Below the pieces are notes generated by a model. It was not told where the DNA came from. It searched no databases and saw only the letters and a list, made by a program, of their open reading frames with translations. The translations under genes were made by a program, and so were the position numbers. 38,494 nucleotides of DNA from a virus. Lineage: Duplodnaviria > Caudoviricetes. Position 1 is the stretch's first letter. Every line of letters starts with the position of its first letter. This document shows, in pieces, positions 18,262 through 26,722 of the stretch. Where the stretch lies: IMG/VR virus record IMGVR_UViG_3300020045_002572, positions 1-38,494 of that record; one strand, written 5' to 3'.

Positions 18262-18807
18262 ATGAATTACAAAAATGAAATTTGGAAGTCCGTAAAAGGA
18301 TATGAAGGCTTATATGAAGTATCTAATTTAGGTAGGCTAAAAAAATTATCTTATACCTATAAATCTCCTTTTTTAGGAAAGGTAAGAGTAAATGAAAAAA
18401 TAATAAAAGGAGCGACAAAAGATGGATATAAGCAAGCTTTATTATTTAAAAATGGAGATTCTAAATTTAAAATGATACACAGACTCGTTGCTATTGCTTT
18501 TTTAAAATATGATAAAGACAGAGTATTTGTAAATCATAAAAATTTAATAAAAAATGATAATAGAGCAGATAATTTAGAGTGGTCAACAACTCAAGAAAAT
18601 ATAATACACGCACATAAATTCGGTAATATTGTTATGCCTAAAGGGGATAATAATGTTAATATTAAAATAAGTGATAAAGACGCTAAATATATTAGAGAAA
18701 ATAAAGAAAATAAAACACAAAAAGAATTATCTAAACAATTTAATATAAGTCAGTCTTTAGTAAGTAAAATTATAAATAATAAAAGAAGAATACGTAATAT
18801 AGATTAA
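18262..18807 (+). CDS. HNH homing endonuclease (NUMOD4-HNH-HTH)
   Basis: EIWKSVKGYEGLYEVSNLGR, IHRLVA...VNHKNLIKNDNRADNLEW, C-terminal TQKELSKQFNISQSLVSKI HTH. Confidence 0.93.
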   Translation: MNYKNEIWKSVKGYEGLYEVSNLGRLKKLSYTYKSPFLGKVRVNEKIIKGATKDGYKQALLFKNGDSKFKMIHRLVAIAFLKYDKDRVFVNHKNLIKNDNRADNLEWSTTQENIIHAHKFGNIVMPKGDNNVNIKISDKDAKYIRENKENKTQKELSKQFNISQSLVSKIINNKRRIRNID

Positions 18808-18858
18808 TTCTAAATTACCACTACCTATTGCGCACACAAAACTAATACCTTAATTTTG
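18797..18858 (+). promoter_or_regulatory. 19-bp palindromic box plus -33/-7 promoter
   Basis: ATATAGATTAATTCTAAAT (18797-815), 11 bp, ATTG (18827-30), 20 bp, TAATTTTG (18851-58). Confidence 0.7.
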
Positions 18859-18878
18859 ATAAATTAAAAATAGAAAAA

Positions 18879-19361
18879 ATGGAAACAAGAAAAATTAAAA
18901 TCACATTAGCAACTGCCGAACGTTGGGTTAACGGAAACGATGCAGAATTAAAAGAATTAGCTTTAACAACATTCCCTGAACTTGGTAAAAAAGCATTGCC
19001 TAAAAGTTTTAGCGAAATCCACACAGATGGATGGTTTGTAAATGATGATGAAGATATTAAAAGTCATAATAATTGTCAAGATTTAAAAGGTTTTAGAAAC
19101 ATTTTCGCAACACGTGAACAAGCAGAGGCATCAATTGCACTTGCTCAACTTTCACAATTAATGAAAGTTTATAATGGCGATTGGGTTGCGGATTGGACAG
19201 ATGAAACGGATAAGTTTGTTATTGAATTTTATGATAATAATATATATGCAACTAATTATATGAATACTCAAAAATTCCTCGCATTCAAAGACGCTGAAAC
19301 AAGAGATTTATTCCTTGAAAACTTTAGAGATTTAATATTAACCGCTAAACCGCTACTTTAG
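18879..19361 (+). CDS. Hypothetical phage protein
   Basis: AEASIALAQLSQL...RDLFLENFRDLI; first gene after a promoter. Confidence 0.75.
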   Translation: METRKIKITLATAERWVNGNDAELKELALTTFPELGKKALPKSFSEIHTDGWFVNDDEDIKSHNNCQDLKGFRNIFATREQAEASIALAQLSQLMKVYNGDWVADWTDETDKFVIEFYDNNIYATNYMNTQKFLAFKDAETRDLFLENFRDLILTAKPLL

Positions 19362-19367
19362 AAAATT

Positions 19368-19541
19368 ATGATTAACTCAATTGAAGAAATGATTGCTATT
19401 ATACAAATTTACATACACCATCGTAAAGGTAAAGAAGTACAAATAAAAATCACAAGCGCAAGAGATATAATGCTTTTAACAAGAGCGCATTCAATTGCTT
19501 TAAATTGGCTAAATAATAACGGATTTAAACAGATAATATAA
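19368..19541 (+). CDS. 57-aa hypothetical protein, not in ORF track
   Basis: MINSIEEMIAIIQIYIHHRKG...; TAATG coupling to the next gene. Confidence 0.6.
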   Translation: MINSIEEMIAIIQIYIHHRKGKEVQIKITSARDIMLLTRAHSIALNWLNNNGFKQII

Positions 19542-19756
19542 TGGGAGCAAATAAAGAAATGTTTTTACGTATGCGTGAAGAAGATTTTAACCAACTTTCA
19601 GAAATGCAAAGAAGTATTTTTACTTATGTTGAGGTTAGAGAAGAAAACGAATACGAAAACAATAAAAACGATGCTAATTATCTGAAACTTTATAAGGAGC
19701 AGAAAAAAGCTAAAAAGAACTTACAAACTTATTTATTCAATAAAAGAAATAATTAA
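19541..19756 (+). CDS. Hypothetical phage protein
   Basis: Packed ORF. Confidence 0.7.
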   Translation: MGANKEMFLRMREEDFNQLSEMQRSIFTYVEVREENEYENNKNDANYLKLYKEQKKAKKNLQTYLFNKRNN

Positions 19757-19759
19757 ATT

Positions 19760-20428
19760 ATGAAAACAGAAGAAAAATTAAATCTATACCAAAAATTACA
19801 CAAAATTCAAAGTAAAGTTTTAGGACTTGGAAAAGACAAAGATAGTTTAAGTTATAAGTATGTGACTGGAACTAAAGTTTTAGACCACATTAAACCATTA
19901 ATGAATGAATTAGGTTTACTTCTAAAACAAGAAATAGTTTCAATTGACAACGTTAGACAAGATTATCACACCTCGTTAAACTTAAACAAAGAAACTAATA
20001 CTTGGAGCGGTAAACCAAAAAGCGAAATACTTACAAAAGTAATGATGCGCTTTACTTGGATTGATATTGAAAGCGGAGATAAAGACGAAAATATTTTCGG
20101 CGCTAATGGTCAAAACGATTGGGATAAAGGCGTAGGAAGTGCTTTAACATATGCTGAACGTTACTTCTTATTAAAATACTTTCACATCGCGACTGATGAA
20201 GACGATATTGATAATCCCGAACGCAAAGCAGAAGAGTTAAAAGAACAACAACAAGCAGAAGAGGCACAAAAAAAAGAAGTAGAACGCTTAACGCAAATCA
20301 ATAAAGATTTGGTTAAATGCACAACAGAAGAAAGTCTAAGAGAAATGTATTTAGCCTTATCAAAAGAAGACCAAAATATATTTAGTAAATTAGTAACAGA
20401 TTTAAAAACAAAATTAAACAATAAATAA
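19760..20428 (+). CDS. erf: ERF-family single-strand annealing protein
   Basis: KGVGSALTYAERYFLLKYFHIATDEDDID matches the ERF signature. Confidence 0.88.
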   Translation: MKTEEKLNLYQKLHKIQSKVLGLGKDKDSLSYKYVTGTKVLDHIKPLMNELGLLLKQEIVSIDNVRQDYHTSLNLNKETNTWSGKPKSEILTKVMMRFTWIDIESGDKDENIFGANGQNDWDKGVGSALTYAERYFLLKYFHIATDEDDIDNPERKAEELKEQQQAEEAQKKEVERLTQINKDLVKCTTEESLREMYLALSKEDQNIFSKLVTDLKTKLNNK

Positions 20429-20429
20429 A

Positions 20430-20777
20430 ATGGAAGTATTAGGAAAAATAAAAGTAATAGGAGACTTACAACAAGTATCTGCATCTTTTGTAAAACGTGA
20501 ATTAGTAGTCGTAACAGACGAACAATATCCACAACATATTATGATTGAATTTCCGCAAGACAAAGCGGATTTGCTAAACAATATTAAAGTAGGTCAAGAT
20601 GTTAAGGTTTCAATTAATTTAGGAGGCAGAGAATGGGTTAATCCACAAGGAGAAACAAAATATTTTAATTCTATAAAAGGTTGGCGTATTGAAAAGCTAG
20701 AAAGTGAACAATCACAAACAATACCAGTTGCAACAGACTTTAATCCAAATTCAGAAGAGATTGAGCCGCCCTTTTAA
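20430..20777 (+). CDS. Single-stranded DNA-binding protein (DUF3127-like)
   Basis: FVKRELVV...YPQ...NLGGREW...YFNSIKGWRI and an acidic EEIEPPF tail. Confidence 0.88.
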   Translation: MEVLGKIKVIGDLQQVSASFVKRELVVVTDEQYPQHIMIEFPQDKADLLNNIKVGQDVKVSINLGGREWVNPQGETKYFNSIKGWRIEKLESEQSQTIPVATDFNPNSEEIEPPF

Positions 20778-20829
20778 CAACCCAATGCTCCAACTATTAA
20801 TAAAAACATTTGAACTTTATTAAAAAAAG

Positions 20830-20860
20830 TTTGGTATATTGGAATAATTGATTAACTTTG
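20830..20860 (+). promoter_or_regulatory. Consensus -33/-7 promoter
   Basis: TTTG (20830-33), 19 bp, TAACTTTG (20853-60); no palindromic box upstream. Confidence 0.8.
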
Positions 20861-20977
20861 TAATTCAATATGGCTAGACACCTATTGAAAAGTAGGTGTT
20901 CCATTTTGAATTAAAACAGAAAGCAAACACCCTTAAGTAAAGAAAGTCTAGCCCTTTATTTAAGGGCTTTTTGTTTT
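20861..20977 (+). ncRNA. Two-hairpin kissing/pseudoknot leader RNA upstream of the replication initiator
   Basis: Hairpin 1 is capped by GAAA; hairpin 2 is CCCTTAAGTAAAG/CTTTATTTAAGGG; GGCTAGAC (20872-79) is complementary to loop GTCTAGCC (20946-53). Confidence 0.65.
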
Positions 20978-20995
20978 ATTAAAAAATTAAAAATT

Positions 20996-21694
20996 ATGGC
21001 AAGACCAGAAAGAAACAACGTAGATTATTTTCCATTTATCTGTGAAGATGGAAACAAAATGTTTTATATTGAGGAGACATACGGAAATGATGGGTTTGCA
21101 ACATTTGTAAAGTTATTACGCGAACTAGCAAAAACAAACTATCATTATTTAGATTTATCAAAACCTACTACGCAAATGTTTTTAAGTGCTAAATGTAAAA
21201 TTAGCAAAGAAATACTTTTATCTATTATTAAAGATTTAGTTGATTTAGGTAAGTTTGATAAACTTCTTTGGGAAGAAAATTCTATAATATGGTGTCAAGA
21301 TTTTATAGATAGTATTCAAGATGCTTATATTAAGAGAAAAAATAAATGTATTACTTATGATGGTTTATTACAACTATTAGTTAGTTTAGGGATACGTAAA
21401 CCTATTAAAAGTAAACTTACTACTACCAATAATACACAAAGTATAGTAAAGGATACTAAAGAAGATAAAACTAAAGATATTCCTACCTTTTCTGAATTTT
21501 CTGAATATGCAAAAGAAAAAGAGCCAAGTGTTAATTTAAAGGCGTTGCAAAATAAATACGATGCATGGGTGGTTAATGATTGGAAAAATGGAAACGACAG
21601 ACCTATAAAAAATTGGAAATCCGCATTACTTCAAACTTTGATTTATATTGAAAAAGACGTAGTAAAAGATAATAAACCTAAAATGGTGTACTAA
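20996..21694 (+). CDS. Replication initiator-like protein (DUF4373/Lin1244-like N-terminus)
   Basis: MARP...VDYFP...IEETYGNDGFA N-domain and a C-terminal WKNGNDRPIKNWKSA motif; upstream of the helicase. Confidence 0.75.
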   Translation: MARPERNNVDYFPFICEDGNKMFYIEETYGNDGFATFVKLLRELAKTNYHYLDLSKPTTQMFLSAKCKISKEILLSIIKDLVDLGKFDKLLWEENSIIWCQDFIDSIQDAYIKRKNKCITYDGLLQLLVSLGIRKPIKSKLTTTNNTQSIVKDTKEDKTKDIPTFSEFSEYAKEKEPSVNLKALQNKYDAWVVNDWKNGNDRPIKNWKSALLQTLIYIEKDVVKDNKPKMVY

Positions 21695-23499
21695 TGGATT
21701 ATAGAGATTTTAACATAGATATAAGAAGTAGTAAAACATCGGGAGAGGTTCAAACTATTTGTCCACAATGTAGTCATACACGAAAAAAGAAAACCGACAA
21801 ATGTTTGTCTGTTAATTTAGATAAGTCAAATTGGTTTTGTCATCATTGCGGTTGGAAAGGTGGATTGCTAAATAGAATTGAAAAGGTAGATTATATTTTG
21901 CCACAATGGAAAAATAAAACACAACTATCTGATGTAGTAGTTAAATATTTCGAAAGTGAAAGAAAAATAAATCAAAACACTTTAACAGATTTAAAAGTTA
22001 CTTGTGGATTGGAATTTATGCCACAACTTGAAAAGGAAGTTGAAACAATACAATTTAATTACTTTCGAAATAACGAACTTGTAAATGTAAAATATAGGGG
22101 AGCAAAAAAATCATTCAAACTACATAAAGGCAGTGAATTAATATTTTACAATTTAGATGCGGTTAAAGACTTTAAAAAGTTGATTATTTGCGAGGGGGAA
22201 ATTGATGCTTTAACTTTTTATCAATGCGGTTTTAAAAATGTTGTTTCGGTTCCAAACGGAGCAAACATAAACACAAATAACTTAATTTATTTAGATAATT
22301 GCATTGAATATTTAGAACATATTGAAACTTTTTATTTAGCAACAGACAACGATATTGCGGGGCGAAAATTAAGAATAGACCTTGCAGAACGTTTAGGAAT
22401 TGAAAAGTGCAAATACATAGAATTTGAAGAGTATAAAGATGCAAATGATTTGTATAAATTTAAAGGACAAAGCGAAATAGTAAATGCTTTTAATAATGCT
22501 AAAAGTTTTCCTTTAGAGGGTGTTTTTACTATTGAGGACATTGATTTAGAGATAAATGATATGTACCAAAATGGATTAGATAATGGTGTAGAAACGGGAA
22601 TGAGGGATTTTGATACAAAGTTAAGATTTGCAAAAGGATATATTACAACTATTACAGGAGTTCCTGGACATGGAAAGTCTGACTTTTTAGACCAAATTGC
22701 ATTAAAACTAAATATTAAAAACGATTGGAAGTTTGCTTTTTATAGTCCAGAGAATAAACCAACACGCTTACATATTTCGAAACTTGCACGTAAATTAGTT
22801 GGTAAAAAATGGTTTGGAGAAAATCGTATAACTTTAGATGAACTAAATAATGTTAAAGACTATCTAAATAAAAAGTTTTGGTTTATTAAACCCGAAAAAG
22901 ATTTTACATTAGAATCAATATTAAAACACGTAAAACAATTAAAAGCTACTAATGGAGTTGATGCATTTGTTATTGATGCGTGGAATAAATTAGAGCATAA
23001 ATACGGACAAAGTGAAACTAAATACATTGGCGAAAGTTTAGATAAGTTGGCAACATTTTGTGAAGAGAATAACGTACATTGTTTTTTGGTTGCACACCCT
23101 ACGAAAATATTAAAGAATAAAGAAACACAAATGTATGAAATACCAAATTTATACAACATTAGTGGTTCGGCAAACTTCTATAATAAAACAGATAATGGAT
23201 TGACAATTTATAGAAACTATCAAACTGAAAAAACAGAGGTTTATATTCAAAAAGTAAAGTTTTCTCATTGGGGCGAAGTTGGAATGTGTGAGTTTAAATA
23301 TCATTTAGAAAGTGGTCGATATTTAGAAAATGAAAACGAAGATATTTACAATTGGATTAGATTTAAAAATCAATTAGAAGAGAATAAGCAAAAAGAATTT
23401 GCACAAGAATTAAGTCCATTTAAACTTATTTCTTTAGATGAAGTTAAGGGAGTTTTTGACGATATGCCATACGACGATGAATCAGAAGTTCCTTTTTAA
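21694..23499 (+). CDS. Primase-helicase (T7 gp4/Twinkle-like: Zn finger, TOPRIM, SF4 helicase)
   Basis: CPQC...CHHC, ICEGEIDAL, TDNDIAG, KDAND, Walker A GVPGHGKS, VIDAW, LVAHP, ISGS. Confidence 0.93.
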   Translation: MDYRDFNIDIRSSKTSGEVQTICPQCSHTRKKKTDKCLSVNLDKSNWFCHHCGWKGGLLNRIEKVDYILPQWKNKTQLSDVVVKYFESERKINQNTLTDLKVTCGLEFMPQLEKEVETIQFNYFRNNELVNVKYRGAKKSFKLHKGSELIFYNLDAVKDFKKLIICEGEIDALTFYQCGFKNVVSVPNGANINTNNLIYLDNCIEYLEHIETFYLATDNDIAGRKLRIDLAERLGIEKCKYIEFEEYKDANDLYKFKGQSEIVNAFNNAKSFPLEGVFTIEDIDLEINDMYQNGLDNGVETGMRDFDTKLRFAKGYITTITGVPGHGKSDFLDQIALKLNIKNDWKFAFYSPENKPTRLHISKLARKLVGKKWFGENRITLDELNNVKDYLNKKFWFIKPEKDFTLESILKHVKQLKATNGVDAFVIDAWNKLEHKYGQSETKYIGESLDKLATFCEENNVHCFLVAHPTKILKNKETQMYEIPNLYNISGSANFYNKTDNGLTIYRNYQTEKTEVYIQKVKFSHWGEVGMCEFKYHLESGRYLENENEDIYNWIRFKNQLEENKQKEFAQELSPFKLISLDEVKGVFDDMPYDDESEVPF

Positions 23500-23647
23500 C
23501 CCAACCATAAACCTATTACAAAATAGGCACGATAAAATAACTCAAAAGTTCATTGATGGAATTATTAGTTATTTATATTATGAAAAATACGAATACCATT
23601 ACAACAAAGTAAAACATTTATTCGCTATTAACTTAAATTAAAAAATT

Positions 23648-23881
23648 ATGAAAGCAAACAAAACACAACAAGTCTTAAACCATTTAATTAGTAAAGGCAA
23701 AATAGATACTTGGAAAGCTATTGAACTTTACGGAGCAACGAGATTAAGTGCTATTATTTTTAACCTACGAAATCGAGGTTTTAGAATTGATACGATTGAT
23801 AAATGCGTATTAGACCGAAATTCAAACGTATGTAATTACGCTGAATATATTTTGATAAATGATGAAAATTTATTACCTTAG
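23648..23881 (+). CDS. Winged-HTH DNA-binding protein
   Basis: VLNHL...I.TWKAIELYGATRLSAIIFNLR..G..I phage HTH pattern. Confidence 0.8.
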   Translation: MKANKTQQVLNHLISKGKIDTWKAIELYGATRLSAIIFNLRNRGFRIDTIDKCVLDRNSNVCNYAEYILINDENLLP

Positions 23882-23884
23882 TCT

Positions 23885-24232
23885 ATGAAAAATTTTGAAA
23901 TAACTTTATCAGAATTAACAGAGTACATACAAGCTTATGACGATATTTCGTTAAACGATGGCGATGGGTTAAATCATTTACTACAAAAGATAAATACTTC
24001 TTTGTTTTATTTAGAAACTGAAAGAGCAAACTTTAAGAAAGCTTATGAAATGAAAGTATTTGATTTAACTACAAATAAAAAAATGACTGTTGCACGTGCT
24101 ATAAATTTTGCAGAGGTTGATGTTCCCGAACTTTATTTGTTGCGTAGAATTATGGATAGTGGGTATAGAATTTCAGATGCTATACGTACAAATATAAGTT
24201 TTTTAAAATACGAACGTAATAACTCAAACTAA
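23885..24232 (+). CDS. Hypothetical helical protein
   Basis: Packed ORF ending DAIRTNISFLKYE. Confidence 0.7.
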   Translation: MKNFEITLSELTEYIQAYDDISLNDGDGLNHLLQKINTSLFYLETERANFKKAYEMKVFDLTTNKKMTVARAINFAEVDVPELYLLRRIMDSGYRISDAIRTNISFLKYERNNSN

Positions 24233-24248
24233 CACAATACTTTTAATT

Positions 24249-24431
24249 ATGGAATGGATTTCAATAAAAGACAAATTACCCAGTGAAGGTAAAAAGGTCA
24301 GATATAAAATGAGTAAAAGAGATACTTTGTTTGAAGAAATAATTGAGGATATTGGTTGGTTTGAAAATGGAAGTTTTTTAACTATTGATGAAAGAGGAAT
24401 TTACCCTATAACACATTGGAAATATTTTTAA
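24249..24431 (+). CDS. DUF551-like protein
   Basis: MEWISIKDKLP...ITHW signature. Confidence 0.8.
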   Translation: MEWISIKDKLPSEGKKVRYKMSKRDTLFEEIIEDIGWFENGSFLTIDERGIYPITHWKYF

Positions 24432-24433
24432 TT

Positions 24434-25108
24434 ATGAGTACACTTACAATAACAAATGAATGCAATATGGAGCTTATGAAAAGGTATCCTGACAATTATT
24501 TTGATTTAGCAATAGTTGACCCGCCTTATGGGATTGGTTTTGATGGAAACACAACCGTAAAAGGTAAAGCAGGGAAGGCAAATACTTTTTCAAACAAACA
24601 ACACCACGTAAAAAAAGGATGGGATAACGAAAGACCTGATAAAGATTATTTTATTGAACTTCAAAGAGTTTCTAAAAATCAAATAGTATGGGGCGGAAAT
24701 TATTTTGCTGATTTATTAGAAGCTAAAAAAGGATGGATTTTCTGGGATAAAAAAATAACAAACGCAAATAACACAAACTATTCAGATGGAGAGTTGGCTT
24801 GGACTTCTTTTGATTGTGTATTAAGAAGATTTACTTATGATTGGATAGGATTTGGATATTTAAATAATCCACAAAAAGAAAAGAAAACACACCCAACGCA
24901 AAAACCCGTTCAGCTTTATTCTTGGTTGCTTAAAACATACGCAAAACAAGGCGACAAAATACTCGACACTCATTTAGGTAGTGGAAGTATTGCAATAGCT
25001 TGCCACGATTACGGATTTGATTTAACTGCTTGTGAACTTGACAAAGAATATTTTGACAAAGCAATGGAACGAATTAACAACCACGTAGCACAACAAAAAC
25101 TATTCTAA
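24434..25108 (+). CDS. Orphan DNA methyltransferase, N6-adenine/N4-cytosine beta class (true start likely 24434)
   Basis: DPPY catalytic motif precedes HPTQKP and the LDTHLGSGS SAM-binding motif. Confidence 0.93.
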   Translation: MSTLTITNECNMELMKRYPDNYFDLAIVDPPYGIGFDGNTTVKGKAGKANTFSNKQHHVKKGWDNERPDKDYFIELQRVSKNQIVWGGNYFADLLEAKKGWIFWDKKITNANNTNYSDGELAWTSFDCVLRRFTYDWIGFGYLNNPQKEKKTHPTQKPVQLYSWLLKTYAKQGDKILDTHLGSGSIAIACHDYGFDLTACELDKEYFDKAMERINNHVAQQKLF

Positions 25109-25110
25109 CT

Positions 25111-25740
25111 ATGCCTAAATGCCAATACCATAAAACTAAATTCGAGGCTAAATACTTCAATCAAAAGTTTTGTTTATCTGACGATGAATGTATAAAAGCA
25201 TTTAATGAAAGTGTTAAACTTACAAAAGAAAAGCAAAAAGCAAAGCAATGGCAAAAAGAAAAAAAAGAGATTAAGGAAAAGTTAAAAACAAAGTCAAGTT
25301 ATGAGGCCGACTTACAAAAAGAAATAAACCAAATAATTAAATATATTGATATGTATGTTAATTGTATTTCAAGTAATAGGCCATTGGCCGAAAGCAGAAA
25401 TAGTGGCCATATATTTTCCGTAGGCTCAAATCCAACACTGCGATTTAATTTACACAATATCTATAATCAAAGTATTTCAGACAATAAAGATAAAGGTGGC
25501 CAACCCTTAGAAGCAATGGAAGGAATAAAAAATATGTATGGCCAAGAACAATATGATTATGTTTTAGGCCTAAAAAAACAATATAAATACATTGGCCTAT
25601 CTATTGACGAACTAAAAGAAAAAATAACAATTGCAAGGTCAATAGTCAAACATTTAAAGTTAGAGAATAAAACCTATAATTCAGTACAAAGAATTGATTT
25701 AAGACGTAAATTTAATAAAATGATAGGAATATACAACTAA
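25111..25740 (+). CDS. ninG: NinG/Rap-like recombination endonuclease
   Basis: N-terminal C..H/C...C Zn motif, LQKEIN..I, CIS, GHIFSVGSNPTLRFNLHNI. Confidence 0.8.
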   Translation: MPKCQYHKTKFEAKYFNQKFCLSDDECIKAFNESVKLTKEKQKAKQWQKEKKEIKEKLKTKSSYEADLQKEINQIIKYIDMYVNCISSNRPLAESRNSGHIFSVGSNPTLRFNLHNIYNQSISDNKDKGGQPLEAMEGIKNMYGQEQYDYVLGLKKQYKYIGLSIDELKEKITIARSIVKHLKLENKTYNSVQRIDLRRKFNKMIGIYN

Positions 25741-25895
25741 TGGCAAAACAATATCTTTTACCAATGGAAACAAAACTAAAACTAATTAAAATTGATAAAG
25801 CAACATTTGAAGAAAGTTTTGAAATTGTCACATTCCACGAATACCAAACACTAAAAAGAAACAAAAATTATTATTATAAAGCGGTGCAGATATGA
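25740..25895 (+). CDS. 51-aa hypothetical protein, not in ORF track
   Basis: TAATG coupling; MAKQYLLPMETKLKL...AVQI. Confidence 0.55.
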   Translation: MAKQYLLPMETKLKLIKIDKATFEESFEIVTFHEYQTLKRNKNYYYKAVQI

Positions 25896-26254
25896 AAGAG
25901 TTTAAACAAAAGAAAATATTATATTGTACTGATTTTTTAAAAAGTATGATAGTTCTAATACCAAAAAGAAAACAAAAAGGTTATTTAAAAGCACCTTTTG
26001 GAGGAACACACGCAAATGATTTATATTGGAATTTTTTAAGTTTAGACGGACAACAATATATAAATAATTGTTGTGATATAGATGGTTATTTAGAAATAAC
26101 ATTAAACATATTTGATAATAACAATCAGGATGAGGAATATAAAAAAGCTATAAAACAAATATTAAAAGACTTGATAAAAGTATTTAATCATTGTGATTCA
26201 TTTGAAAAAATAAATAATAGAAATGAAATTTTTGACATTATACTTAACAAATAG
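25892..26254 (+). CDS. Hypothetical protein
   Basis: ATGA-coupled ORF. Confidence 0.65.
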   Translation: MKEFKQKKILYCTDFLKSMIVLIPKRKQKGYLKAPFGGTHANDLYWNFLSLDGQQYINNCCDIDGYLEITLNIFDNNNQDEEYKKAIKQILKDLIKVFNHCDSFEKINNRNEIFDIILNK

Positions 26255-26256
26255 TT

Positions 26257-26317
26257 ATTTAAACACATTCTAAATTACATCAAAAGTTTGGTAGTATTAA
26301 AATTATTACTATCTTTA
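26257..26317 (+). promoter_or_regulatory. 19-bp palindromic box plus -33/-7 promoter (variant -7)
   Basis: ATTTAAACACATTCTAAAT (26257-75), 11 bp, TTTG (26287-90), 19 bp, TATCTTTA (26310-17). Confidence 0.7.
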
Positions 26318-26344
26318 CATCATAATAATAAACAAATAGGAATT

Positions 26345-26722
26345 ATGGAATTTAAAGTACAGGTTTCAGAAATAAACGATGAAAATTTAAAAAAACTAAG
26401 AGAGGTAAGTTTAAAAATATTGCGTGACAGCATAAAAAATGGAATACCAAAAGATAAAATAAAGTTGTCTAAAATATTTTTAGATAATAATTATGAAATA
26501 GAGCTTGTGGTAAATGAATTATACGATAGAATGTTTAATAAATACTATAATAATAATGATAGTATTTTCCAAAAATGGCAATGGATAGACACGAGTTGGC
26601 TTCCTAAAAACGGAACAAAAGATAAATTAAGAGAGTTGGTTGAATTAGAAAAAAATATAAAAACAGGATATTCTTGTTCTAAAATAAGAGGTTCACATAA
26701 CGTTAATTATTGTAGCAGTTAA
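26345..26722 (+). CDS. Hypothetical protein (true start likely 26345); 3' end runs into the attC-like hairpin
   Basis: ATG in AATTATG context after a promoter. Confidence 0.65.
   Translation: MEFKVQVSEINDENLKKLREVSLKILRDSIKNGIPKDKIKLSKIFLDNNYEIELVVNELYDRMFNKYYNNNDSIFQKWQWIDTSWLPKNGTKDKLRELVELEKNIKTGYSCSKIRGSHNVNYCSS

Noticed and set aside
8526-18810. Homing endonucleases as group I intron or intein cargo
   Set aside because: Flanks are only ~100-150 nt, no intron core is recognisable, and each gene has its own promoter element; they look free-standing.
23438-23641. 67-aa ORF overlapping the helicase end, and ORF 29421-29648 inside terL
   Set aside because: No motif support; the first may hide a shorter real gene but I cannot define its start, and the second is fully nested.
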